A stretch of 64,000 nt of DNA from Tricharina praecox (GCF_024521635.1 NW_026250407.1:248001-312000), one strand, 5' to 3'. Positions 1 to 11,800 are shown, numbered from the stretch's first letter. Notes: a model not told the origin generated them from the sequence alone. Made by a program: numbers and translations.

Positions 1-97
1 ATCATTACAACCAAACACCCCAAACCCCACTTGATGGGCCATATATAATCACCAATTTGTAATAGCACTCCGACACGGCATCACGTCCGCTTGCTTG

Positions 98-1680
98 TTA
101 ACGGAGGCCAATGACGCTCTGTAGTAATGTCAGTATGGAGTAGGAAAGACGGTGTAGGGAAGGGTAGGCAGACCATTTCGAGAGTCCAGACACGACGGAT
201 CCACACTTTCAGCTTTCCATCCACGCCGTCGACGCCCTCGAGCTCGAGGCCTTCCCACCAGCATCGACGCTAAAACAAAAACATCAGCATATGGCAGCAC
301 GGCAAAAAGGTTATGGTACATACTGCGGGCTTCCTCCAAAACAGCAGCAGCTTCTGCGCCATTCCAACCACGTTGCTGTCATTCGAGTCCTTGGAGTCGG
401 TTCTCAACCTGGCCAGAGCCAGACTACAGATCACGGCCTTGTTCGGCTCTCCGGCGCGGTGTCCCCAGGTATCGTCGACGTTGAATCCTCTGCCATAGTT
501 AGCAAGACAAGATCCCCCGGCAGCTGTTACGTGCCATGTAGAATGCGAGTAGATCTAACCCAGCGGTCAACATCTCGATGAGATGTTGCTCAGTAGTGCC
601 GGTATCATCGGTCCTCCTCAACCCCGAAAAGATACCATCCTGCTTGAGCAGGACTCTCCCGGCAGCGCGCTTGACCTCCATCATTTCCTGGCGCGAGATG
701 TCGCGCTTCGGCGGTATCGCGTAAAAATCCAGGTCTTCCCGCAGGACAATGATACCAGCACGGTCCTGCAGGACATTGGCAGGGCTCGTTTGCAATTGGT
801 TCACCTCCTCGTCCTCGTCCGCCGAAGCCACCGTGATCGTCGACGAGACTTTCCGGAAGAAGTCGAGCATAAATTTCAGGCAATTCGGATCGAACTGTGG
901 CGGGTGTCAGCGATTGGCGCCATTGCGTTATGTAGGACAAAGGCAACAACAACATACGTCGACTATGTAGATTCCATCGTCATGATACGAGTTCTGCTGT
1001 CCGTCGGGGAATAGACCGTTGGGGAACAGCGACAACAACACAAACTCGGGCAGCGTCAGGAGTTCGTCGCGCGACAGAATGAACGGGGTACCTCTGTCAC
1101 AAACACACGCACGCGACTTGATAAGCGAGGGGTCTTTTCGAGCCAGAATGGAAGGAAAGCGCGAGAAAAGCTACCGTAGGTCCAAGGTCAAGTTCTCTTC
1201 TCCAGTGCCTGGTGCATCTATGAAATCACAATGTCAGTTGGGATCTGCCCGAACAAAGGATGAAAAAAAGAACGCCGGCGCGCATATATCTATCGGGCCC
1301 GTACCTGCCAACGTGTTGAGCGGTGGCCCTCCTTGCTGCACCTGCGTAATGATCGACCCGGAACCTCCTGCGGCTGCCATAGCGAAAACGAATGAATCGA
1401 GCGGTGAGAGTGCTTCCGTGTAAGGTGGCGGTGGCTGCTCAGGATCCTGTTTGCTGTACGATGGCGAGGGGACGAGAGATGAAGGACCGACGACGGCGAC
1501 GAGACTCCCCGGTTGCTGCTGTTTCTGCGATTCCGCGGACTTGGACGAAGGTGATTCTGGCGGTGATGGGGGTGTGCTAGCAGACTCGGCGATTACTTCG
1601 GCGTAGGAAGACGGCTGCTGCGTGGAGGGAGCGTCCTCGGCGGTCGAGAAGTGCGACTGTAGGTGTGTAGAGGACGACAC
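98..1680 (-). CDS. WHI2: Whi2-like growth/stress regulator (BTB/POZ-like fold), 7 exons; first in-frame ATG at 1380, frame open to a GTG at 1680
   Basis: Manual splicing: exons 1680(or 1380)-1305, 1208-1175, 1093-958, 894-560, 489-324, 269-174, 118-98, all GT..AG. Protein: MAAAGGSGSIITQVQQGG..LDLRGT.F.LSRDELLTLPEFVLLSLFPNG..FDPNCLKFMLDFF..IIVLREDLDFY..EQHLIEML..WGHRAGEPNKAVICSL..QKLLLFWRKPARRCWW..KVWIRRVWTLEMSVIGLR*, which I recognise as fungal Whi2. Confidence 0.9.
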
Positions 1681-2527
1681 GTCGGGGAAGGCAAGGAGTG
1701 TTCTGCGGTGGTGAGCAATGTAGGAGGAGGCGAAGGAGCGAGGGTGGATTCGGAGTAGCCGTCAACGTGCATGCAGTCCAACGACAGCTGATCTGGCGGC
1801 GAGCGGAGGGCGGGCGGGCGGGAGGGCTGGGGTGTATAGTACCGAGTACGGACTTTGGGGTATCCAGATGTCGCTGGGCTGGGGCTCGATGAGGAGGAGG
1901 TTGTGTCTAGTGGTCGAGGGTTTACTTTAGGGGCGGATTGGGGTAATTGGGGTGTGTGATAGCCGCCGAGTTGAAGTTATCCTAAGCACCAACCAACCAG
2001 CATGGGCAACTGGTAGGAGTCCCAAGGAGGGCCAACGACACACGTCCAGCAACCGTCAGCGCGAATCACGACTGGCGGCCAAGTTCTTGGTCAGAGGGGC
2101 CTGGCCAATTATTTACTCCGTGCGAAGTCACCCAGAATCATCATGGCTGCGAAGAACTCGGTGATGAACAACTTGAATGGAGCTTCGCGGAGCTATGCTA
2201 GGCTGCTACATAGGCCACCACGTAAATTTTCTGGCCGACTCCACTAACAAATCGCTACCAACATCCAAATCCGCAGATGGCGGCGGCGGACAGACAGGTC
2301 TACTAGGTAGAATAGGTAGGTAGATATTCCCGCCTACAAGAGACAGAGTTGAAATAAGATTCCCCAACGCCAGATGAAACATACAAAGAAAAGACACGCC
2401 TGTAATCTAAGATCTACTTCTTATGCCATCTCGAGAAAAGCAAAGAAACGAAACGAAAGAAAAAGAAAAAAACCCGGAACCGCTTCCCAATAAACCGTAC
2501 GCAAACCAGAAGAATTTGAGAAAACCA

Positions 2528-3415
2528 TTATTCCGCAGCCTTCGCCTCTACCATGTCATTCCCCTCAACGACGACCTGATGATCCCTCAACTTCCGCATC
2601 AGGGCCAAAAAATTACTGTTCTGAAACTTGGCGGACGTATTTTCCTGAACAGAATCCAGCAACTGTCCCGCAGTCCTAGCCAGATCGTCGCCCTCCCTCT
2701 GCAACTGCTCCTTCTCCTGGACCTTGTCCGCAACCTCTACGGGCCGTTCAAATGCTAACAACTGCTCCTCCTCGGCAACAAACTCTCTCTCGGCATCGGC
2801 AAATGCTCGCTCGAACGCGCTCTCGTCATACTGAAACTCGCTCTGCTGGTGCTGCTGCTGGACTTGCGACACCCCCATATCCATCGAAGGGGAGTATGTA
2901 CCGAATCCCGAGTAACCGCTCGCCATCGTCGTCGCGGGAGCCAGCCCCTCCTGCTGCATCAGCGGCGCAGCCTGCTCCCTCTGCTGCAGCCTCTGCGTGA
3001 ACTCCAGTCCCCACTGCGGCTGCTGCTGCTGTTGTATCGGAAACCGTTGTACGGGAGCAGCGCCGATGTCGAGTCGCTGGAAGTCCGTCGCCCACGCGGG
3101 TGCCTGTGCTTGTGACTGCTGGAACAGCTGTGGCTGCTGCGGCGCAAAGAACGGGTCTGCGCTCACGCCGCCCGCGGACGAGAAGGCGTCGAACTCATTA
3201 TCGCCCCACGCTGGGTTCTGGGCGCTTCTGAAGCCCTGATTGTACTCTGTCAGCGCGGGGACTGGAGGGGGGCTGGGGGCGGTGGTGAGTGACAGTACCT
3301 GTGATGAACCTTGGTGGCTCTGGCCGCGGAAGCGGTCTTGCTGGTGTGTGCGGTCGGCGGTGGTATGTTTCTGGAGCGACGAGAGCGCGTTCGAGGGTCC
3401 ACAGAGAGCTGCCAT
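2528..3415 (-). CDS. PEX20: Peroxin Pex20 (PTS2 co-receptor)
   Basis: N-terminal conserved Cys motif (MAALCGPSNAL), WxxxF motifs (WATDF, WGLEF) and a C-terminal Pex7-binding-type motif (DDLARTAGQLLDSV..KFQNSNFLALMRKLRD). Probable in-frame intron 3298-3236 (GTACTG..GCTGAC..TCAG). Confidence 0.88.
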   Translation of the reverse strand: MAALCGPSNALSSLQKHTTADRTHQQDRFRGQSHQGSSQVLSLTTAPSPPPVPALTEYNQGFRSAQNPAWGDNEFDAFSSAGGVSADPFFAPQQPQLFQQSQAQAPAWATDFQRLDIGAAPVQRFPIQQQQQPQWGLEFTQRLQQREQAAPLMQQEGLAPATTMASGYSGFGTYSPSMDMGVSQVQQQHQQSEFQYDESAFERAFADAEREFVAEEEQLLAFERPVEVADKVQEKEQLQREGDDLARTAGQLLDSVQENTSAKFQNSNFLALMRKLRDHQVVVEGNDMVEAKAAE

Positions 3416-3541
3416 GGTTCTGTTTCTGACGGTGTGGTGGTGGTGGTGGCGGTGGTGGAAGAGAGTCGCGTGGAAGAGGGATGGGATGGATGAGTGGGAT
3501 ATCTATCGGGGCCAAAGTACATAAGCAGCCAGGACCTCGGC

Positions 3542-4570
3542 ATGTGGGGTCTTCGGGTCCTGGGGTGGCACCGCGGCTACTCTATTTACGCATGGATAAA
3601 ATGTTCTGCTCCAGACCACGGACAGAACGTTATCCTGTTCCCATGCGCCCTCGTAACAATAATTCCGCGAGTAACTGAAGCTTCTTTCTTTTCTCTACAG
3701 CTGGAGCTTTGGCGCAGTACGTCGGCTTGTGATGGATGCCATGACGTACCGGAAACTACTCACAATGCACGCGACAAGCTTGTGGATCCACAGGCACCCC
3801 CGACTGACGCATGTGCGAATCCACTGGACGTCACTCGCCAGCACGATAGGCCGGCCACAAGATCGTTCAGTGCAGGCGATGCGCAGAGGAACTGCGGCTG
3901 CGCAGTCGAATTCGTCCTGGATGAACCGTGCTCTTCTAATGAACGACGATTCGTCACGGATGAACGAAGGTACAAAGTTGCTCTAGCAGATGTCTACGGA
4001 AGCCAAGGGAACAGGAGTAATTTATACATGAAGGTTCTCGATACCCATGGCGACCCCGCTCACCATTCTGACCTTTACCGGCGTCTCTCCGTCCTCACTA
4101 CAGTAGCCACCCAAATCCCACCGCTTATATATATATCTCCGCAGAGCTTCCTCCAGCCAGATACCTACCGACACGGGCGCGTCTGCCTCACTGAGTTCTG
4201 CTATCCGGGTTTACGGCATCTCCTGCTACTCGTCATTGTCTACCGTGGTACATGCTCTGCCTCCCTCAGATCATGCACTGTATTGGTAATACCTATGCTG
4301 CACCTGCTCGAGAAAACCCGAAGCCCCGAGATGCCTTCCCTTCGCCCGTTATCCCCTAGGTACCGGAGATTCTGCGAGCCAGTCATCCAGTGCCGGAGCT
4401 TCTCGCGAGTGAATGCTGGCGTCTCGGATCCGAACCCCACACGCAGACGGCATTCCGCGGGCGAAACTGATGGTGCTCCCTTTTGTGCTGATCGCTTGCT
4501 GCGAAATGCAGAGTACCTACTATACACACTGCTTGCTAGGGGCCATACAGAATCGAGCTTCTGCTGGTAA
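3542..4570 (+). CDS. Long orphan ORF, no recognisable domain (may be non-coding)
   Basis: Frame open 3494-4570 (358 codons, first ATG 3542), head-to-head with PEX20. No family motif recognised. Confidence 0.25.
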   Translation: MWGLRVLGWHRGYSIYAWIKCSAPDHGQNVILFPCALVTIIPRVTEASFFSLQLELWRSTSACDGCHDVPETTHNARDKLVDPQAPPTDACANPLDVTRQHDRPATRSFSAGDAQRNCGCAVEFVLDEPCSSNERRFVTDERRYKVALADVYGSQGNRSNLYMKVLDTHGDPAHHSDLYRRLSVLTTVATQIPPLIYISPQSFLQPDTYRHGRVCLTEFCYPGLRHLLLLVIVYRGTCSASLRSCTVLVIPMLHLLEKTRSPEMPSLRPLSPRYRRFCEPVIQCRSFSRVNAGVSDPNPTRRRHSAGETDGAPFCADRLLRNAEYLLYTLLARGHTESSFCW

Positions 4571-4961
4571 TGGGACGGAAGTGAGGGGTGGATGCAGGAT
4601 GGCTTCCAGTGAGCCGCTTCCGGGAGGAGAGGTGAAGGGTTGGACAGTTTTGAAGATGGGAATTAAATGAATAACTTAGTGGACCGCAGGGAGAAGGACA
4701 CGGCAGGGACGGCGGTGGAGACGGGGGCGGCAGCGGGCAAGGCTGGTGCAATCACATGCGCGTAGAGTAGCAGCCGCTCGAAAGCAGCCTCGTCCGCTTG
4801 ACACCTCATGACGCGAGGTGTCGATCTCGAAGGCAGACTAGTTTGTGGCGCACCAAAAAAAAAAAGTTCAGCAACCCACCAGCGTCCCCCCACCAACCTC
4901 GTCCACCTCGTCCCTCTCGACTTCCTTCCTCGCCCTCTCCACCAGCCAGCCAATCAGCAAG

Positions 4962-5874
4962 ATGTTCGACAAACTCCCCGACGGCGTGATCTGCACGATC
5001 TTCGACTCGACGTCGAGCCTTTCGACGTCGACCAAGCTCTCGCAGTGTTCGCGGCGGCTCAGCAAACTGTGGAAGTCGCACCTCGACTCGCTGAACCTCG
5101 CACAGACGTTTGACGACGACCCACGGTGGCGCGGGCCCAAGTACCGTTTCTTCGCGGTCAGCATTGCGCGCGCCATGATCGAAGATGCCGGAAGTGAGAG
5201 AGCGGACACCCCCACCCCACCTAGCACATGAACGCGGCGGGGGAGCAGTGGCGCTGACAGTGGCGGTGGTGGTGGCAGAACCTCTCCCGTCGACCAACGA
5301 GGCGATCAAGGCCGGCTACAAGATCGCGGGAATAGTCAACGCGACGGTGCAACTGCTGCTGGGCGAGCTGCGCGGGCACGTCCCCGAAAAGTCCGACAAG
5401 GAGCGCGCCGCCTGGTCCCAGTGGCTCGAATACCTCCTTGCAAAATCGCTCTACATGCTGTGGATCAGCAAGCTCACGGGCGGCTCCCCCTGCGACCCCG
5501 AGTACTGGATCGACGCTGAGGAAATGGTCGCGTTCCTACTCCAGCCGAGGTGGGCACTGGCTGGATACCCCGGACTGATGGGCGTCAAGGGCGTTACCGA
5601 AGTGTGTGAGCGCGCGCCCGTCGAGCTGATTGCTAGGACCTGTGTGCTCCTCGATGAGAGGGTCCATCGGAACAGGAAGATGATGGGCGCGGAGTGGACG
5701 GATGACGAGGATGACGAGGAGGAGAAGCTGCCGCTGGATTTCTACGATGATACGGATCTGGACGATATGGAGGACGGATCTGACGAGGGCGAGTTTGAGA
5801 GTGACGATGAATTTGCCGATTCGGAGGATGATGAGGAGCTTGGATATCATAAGGGATATGCCGACGAGGAGTAG
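4962..5874 (+). CDS. F-box-like protein with acidic C-terminal tail, 2 exons
   Basis: Exon 4962-5193 (MFDKLPDGVICTIFDSTSSLSTSTKLSQCSRRLSKLWK, F-box-like) joins exon 5279-5874 in frame via intron GTGAGA..GCTGAC..GCAG (5194-5278). D/E-rich tail. Confidence 0.7.
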
Positions 5875-7077
5875 ACGGGATTTGGCGCGCTGTGGATATA
5901 CCAACATTTGTTGGTAGTCTTGGTAAAAATAGAACTGGAGTTTTGTGGAGTCTTGTGGAGTTTTTGTCATGATATCGCTTTTGCATGTGTTGGAGAGCGA
6001 TATCATGCCTGTCCTTGAAGGCATGACGGCGGATGGAATTACCAACCGGACTGAACTCGAACTCGAACCTCCAATTCCCCACAACCAAGCTACATACGAG
6101 AGCTACTAGTAGGTCCGATGATTTCCACACCCGGCGCACACGCAAGCAAGCAAAGATGGCATTAGGTACGTACGCTTCTCGTGCACTATGTACCGACATC
6201 GCAATGCACATCCGCAACCTTAGGTACATACCGGACCACGCAGAAATGTGGGAGACCCAAAGCGGATGTTCGACAATGCGACTACACAGCTCGGCAGCCT
6301 GCAGGTCGGCCATAGTCACCAAGTTCGTGAGATTATGACAGTTTTGTAGATGAGTGTTGGTGAGTGATGCTCTGTGGTTACCACACCAACTACACGGTGA
6401 ATCCCTGGGCGAAGAGATATGCGCCTCCGATTTACATGGAGTCTTCAGACCCGAGGCGAACGTGAACCTTCAGAAATGCGAAGTAGCAAAACTGCTATGT
6501 TTTTTGGTAACTAGAACAATGCGGATACCTATTCTGGCCACGAAAACCATGGACGAATCGTCTACATAGCAGGACCTACCGCGCGTCTCCACAGACCATA
6601 GATCCACAGGTAGGTATCTGATTGACCACTGATAGAGCACCTGCCGGTAGTTGGACGATATCCCAAGCCGGTACCAAGCCGACACGATTCCCAGCACAAG
6701 CGGCCAGTCCCACCGTCTACATATCGTCCACAGACGATGTGGTGATTCTGCCATCTGGTTGCAAGTGGTTACTCTACTATAAACTACATTGAAGTGTACA
6801 TACCTAATCTACATAGGAATATGGGCTTAGGTTGGAATTTGAGGTTATGTTTTTGGTTGGAGGCGTACCTATACTGCAGCTTGCCCCTTGCGTATGTAGC
6901 CCAACGGCCCGGCTGCTGGGCTACTGGGCTTCTGGCCCCTGGGCTGCTGGGCTGGACTGTTTACTGTGGGCAGTTTGGAGGCGCTGGTTGAATAGTGCAG
7001 CGTTACTAGTACTGCGTAAGGAGTTAACTCTCAACTTCAAGAAAGGAAAGGATAGAAGTAGGTGGGTACAATACTAA

Positions 7078-7488
7078 GGGCCCGTTCAGATGGCCTCAGT
7101 TTTCAGTTCCAGTTTTAGAGCGAAATTCAGTTCCCCGACGGGACACCGAATTCTGTCCAGTTTCAGTTTCCGGAGAACTGTGAGGTGAACAGAGTGTTTG
7201 GCAATTCTCAGATCACTCAGCCATAAGTCTGAATAATAGGCTTCATCAGAACTTTAATAGTGGACACATGGCCCAGCTTTTTTCTCATGGTTGAAGTTAA
7301 AATGCGATACTGAGTGACGGCAAAGAAATGACCTCTCGAGGTCAGTACCAGTTTCGTCGCTGGAGCCGCACAGTTTCGGTTTTTTTTTAAAGTTTTTGTG
7401 CCATCCAAACGGGGTCTCAGTTCCATTTGCTCAGTTTCTCGAAAAAACTGACAGTTTTCGCTAAAACTGAGGCCATCCAAACGGGCCC
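7078..7488. mobile_element. MITE, PIF/Harbinger (Tourist)-like, ~411 bp
   Basis: 26-bp terminal inverted repeats GGGCCCGTTCAGATGGCCTCAGTTTT (7078-7103) and AAAACTGAGGCCATCCAAACGGGCCC (7463-7488), 24/26 match. Flanked by TAA and TTA. Many internal CAGTT(T/C) subterminal repeats; no transposase. Confidence 0.85.
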
Positions 7489-8836
7489 TTAGCTTTCTCC
7501 GCACTGGTTTCGGAGATTTCTCGATCGTATGTACCTAGGTAGATCATTCAGGAGTCTAGAGTCTGGAGTGTGGAGTGTGGAGTCGGTGGGGCCGCTGGAG
7601 TAAACCTACTCTATTCTCTAGGGGAGCACCGGCCGACAAATACCCCCACAAAGCAGATTCCTCGATAGGCTGATGGGCTAACGAGTACAGAGTGACATCT
7701 CATGTTTCCTCCCGGAACCACCCTTTCCCTTTCAGGACCGTTCCTTCTAGGCTTCTACACCTGTAATGGCATCTCCAAATCCCCATTCACGGTCTCAACA
7801 GCAACCACCTCTGCATTTCCACTCATTAGTTATGACCAGTTAATTTACACCGCCACCACTACCACCAGCACCAGCACACAAACCACCCTAAAAGCCGTGA
7901 CTTAACAAAGACGTATCGCATCGCATCACAAAACATCACAAAACAACGTGGAAACAGACATGCAATGCAACACGCAATTCACAAGCCAGTTGCACGCGGA
8001 GTAGGTACAGTAAAGCAAAGCAATACAATACGGAGAGAGAGAAACTAATGACACGATGTCGATGTCCTACATATCCCCCTTCCAACCCCCAAACATAAGG
8101 GTGAAGAAGAAGAAGCAGAATCACCGTCCCGCCGTCCCGTCCCTTCCCGCCTCCCGCATGCTCTCGTCCTTTACAGCAGTAAAAAAAAAAGCCGCAAAAA
8201 CAAAAATAGAATGGAGATTTTTCCCTTTTCCTTTCTTTCCCCAACCAACCCATCACCCAACATGCAAAACAAGAAGATACAACGAAAAGAAAAAAAAGAC
8301 AGAAAAAAAAAGAGGCAGAAAAATGCAAACCTAAACACCCGAGAAAAGCAGAACAGAAAAGAAAAAAAAACCACTGGAAAATAAACATGAAAAACTGAGA
8401 AACAGAAGCAAAGCCATAGCTCTAATTGTTGTCAGTTGTCGGAAAAGAAAAAGAAAAAAACCGCAGACATAATATAGAAGGGACATCAAGGTCCTTTCTC
8501 TGCTCGTATAAACATTGAGCAGGTGGCGATGAAGCCAAGAACAAGTTAAAGGAAAAGAAAAGAAGGAAATGGTAAAAAAGAGTACGCCGATTGGAAGCAA
8601 TAAGGATAAGCTTTTTGAAAAGAAAAGAAAAAAGGAAAAAGAAGAAAGAACGGTAAAAGGAAGACCCCTCCGCCAGACCAGACACTCCATTTCCACTCCT
8701 AATCTTATTTTGCCCCACCCTGTGATCCTCACCTATTCCACTTCTGTAAAACTGCTTCGTTCAATCGAAATAAAGTCTTCGCAGTTTACCATCCCCACGC
8801 CACACAAGATCCGTCAGGAGCGTACCAAGCCATCTC

Positions 8837-11800
8837 CTATGATGCCATGGTTGCCTGAAATTCGTCCATGGTCAGCCTATACAAAATCATCGCCTTGAAG
8901 GCGTCAGGAGGGCGGGATGAGCGTACAGCCTTGTAGATCTCGGAGCGAGAACCCTTCTTTGCCATCTCCTGGGAGAGGATCGCACGCGTGTCATTGTCGA
9001 GGAGGCTTTCAATGACATTCCTGTAGTCGTCCTTGAGGTTGGGGTTCTCCAGGATCGACCTGAGCTTCTCCATGCCGAAGGTCTCACCGTGCCTGGCCTC
9101 GGTCTTGACTAGCTCGACAAAGTCATTGATGATCTCGTATCCGATGGTTTTGCGGTCCTTGAACGAACGCTCGTACATCTTGAAGATCTCCTCAATGCCG
9201 CATCTGACAGCCATGTCTGCGTCCTGAAGTGCAAAGTGCTTGAACTCTCGGTACATCGCCCTGTTGAAGCTCTTAACCAGGAAGTGCGACCAGAACTTGT
9301 ATAGAGTAATCAAGTCATTGTTCTTGAATAGACCGTTGGTTTCCCTGTATTTGAGGGCCTGGGCGCGAACTTCGCTGTAGCTGCGATGAGTCATGTTCGG
9401 GTCCACACCATGGGCTGCCGGAAGATGTGTGAGCCAATTGTCATCCGAGTGAGGCTTGCGAGAGGGATAGTTACCACTTGACTGCGAAGTCCTTCCAGAC
9501 TCTTCGTGTGCACCGTCTCCGTTGCTGAGGCTGGAATTACGCAGTCTCGCATCAATGCCGCCGATGTCGGTCACGCCGTTAGTCTGCACAGCACCGCTGT
9601 CACCGGTCGATGGACGCTTGACGACGACCATCAAAGCATCAACTTCTGCATCTTTGCACTCGTCGATGGGCTGCATGGGCACCGAGGGATTGATCTCTCC
9701 GTCTATACCCTGCTGCACATTGTTGGACGACGGGGAAAACTCGGGGACAGTTGCCGAAAGAATCGAGGCGGGGGTTTGATAGCCGAAAGCCGTGTTTATC
9801 GGTTGCGGGTAAAAAGGCATGCCGGCGGCGTCAGGGAAAAAAGGTTCCGCTGATCCGGACATCTCTCCTGGGGGAGTAAGCGTCGTACCGTTCTGCTGCT
9901 GACGCTGGCGCGGATCAAAGTGCCAGTCACTCATGCCACGCTTGGCAGAGTCGTCACGGTCCGACTCCTTCAATACCCAGTTCTCCCAACCTTCCTTCTT
10001 GCGGACGTAGTAGTCATCCACCCCGTACGTCAGCTGGATCTCCGGAGAACTCAGGCAAGCATCTCTCAGCACATTGATATCTTTGGTGTGTTGCTGGACC
10101 CTCTGAAAGCCCATGATGAACGACAGCCTAACGTAGCCATCGTTGTCCATGTGTTTTCGCAGGTAAATATCCTTAATCAAGTTATCTACTGAGAAGTAGT
10201 AGTTGATTTGAACGGTGAGAGCGCCATAGTCGACCACCGGCATTCCAGGGATCATGGCGTACTCATAGGGCAATCCAGCGCCACCATAAGCGAATTGCGG
10301 GAGCGAAGGTGGCTGCATGGCAGGATTGAACCTGTAGGGGTGAGCGTTGTACCCCGAATTACCACGGCCCCTGAATGATCCTACGCGCGGATGGGTGTGC
10401 TGAGGGTACTGATGTGTATTTACATTTGAAGTCGCGAATGGTGGGCTTGCAGGATTGGAGTGTCCCTGGTAGCCAGCCGGGGAAGCATGATGTCCGTTCG
10501 CAAACTGGTTGTGATAGACCCCACGTCCCCTGTAACCACCGCGACCACGCTCCCTCGGAGGATACGTGCTGGGCGATTCAGACTCCCCGCGCCCTGCGCC
10601 ATTGTGCCACTGGGTTCCCCTATCTGGCCGAGTGTGGTTGCTAGCTGCCTTCTCCTGGTCCTCCGAAGATTGGCGGTTCGTGGCACCGCCGTAGGTAGCA
10701 TCCTCTGCGATTCTGACTGGTCGGCTCCTCTCAGGCTGAACCGCGCCAGATGCCGCTACGAGTCCATTCGCTTCGACGTTCCATTCCGCAGCATCCTTCC
10801 TTCGCTCCGTAGGACCGTTGGTGACACCAGCCTTGGACTCTCGTCGCTGGGTGGTACCGCCGGGACTGGACGTCCGCTTCGCACCTTTGCTTCCTTGGTA
10901 AGTCCCACGAGTGGGATATTGGCGACCCCGTTCGCTCTCCGTTGCTCCGGAAGTGGCAGCAGCCTGTCCAGATCCAGTGATCCTCTCAGGTCTGTCACTG
11001 GAACCGGCTGCACCACCACGCCCACCACCACGCCCGCCCCGGCCCCCACGACCTTCGCGGCTACTCTTAGTCTGAATCGGCGGGACGTACGGAGGATCGA
11101 TGGCCACGGGAACCCAGGTCTTGGTACCACCACGTCCTGCGGCTGGGGCAATCCTTTCCTTCTCGTCTTTCTCCTTCTCCTTTTCCTTCTCCTTCTTAAA
11201 CTCACCTTGAGCGAGATCCGGTGTCGGCCAGGAGATAGTATCGGTGACCGGGGGCGGTAGTGACAGTGTGGTGTCGTTTTCCTGAGACTGACCCCGCCGA
11301 TTGCCACGTTTGGTTGGTACTATCAAACAGCCATGTCGTTAGAATTGCATTCGAGGCAAACTCGTAGCTACGTCGCCAAAAGGGTGGGTGGTGTCCCGAG
11401 ACTTACCCTCGTCGGTGCCCCTCCTCACATCCACATCCTTCTTCTCATCGGTATTCGCAATCTTCTTACCGGTAGAGAGCCCCTTGTCAGAAGCCGACGA
11501 TTTCTGTGCCGGACCAGGCGAGACCGAAGCAGGGATGCCCGGAGACACGCTCTTCTTGGCAGCCTCCTCCTGTCGTTTCTGCCATACATTCACGGTCACA
11601 GTCGGCTGGACATAGTCGCTAGCCCTGGCGGAGTCCGCACCACTAGATTTGCTATCCGGGTGGCTCGACGTCTGCGAGTTTCCTTCCCATCCGTTCGACC
11701 TCTCCTCGTGCAGGTCAGCAGCCGCAGCCGCAGCGCTGGTCGAGTCGTCATCCTGTTTGGTGTTTGAGCTGATGACCGGGGTAGACTGTCTCGACACCTC

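Noticed and set aside
7936..8898. Phe/Lys-rich ORFs on both strands
   Set aside because: Translations of the A/T-rich low-complexity LARP1 3'UTR region.
10460..11307. 266-aa and 183-aa ORFs overlapping LARP1
   Set aside because: Antisense or alternate-frame shadows of a GC-rich coding exon. The same applies to shadows over the bHLH, F-box, Kelch-like, stomatin and OLA1 genes.
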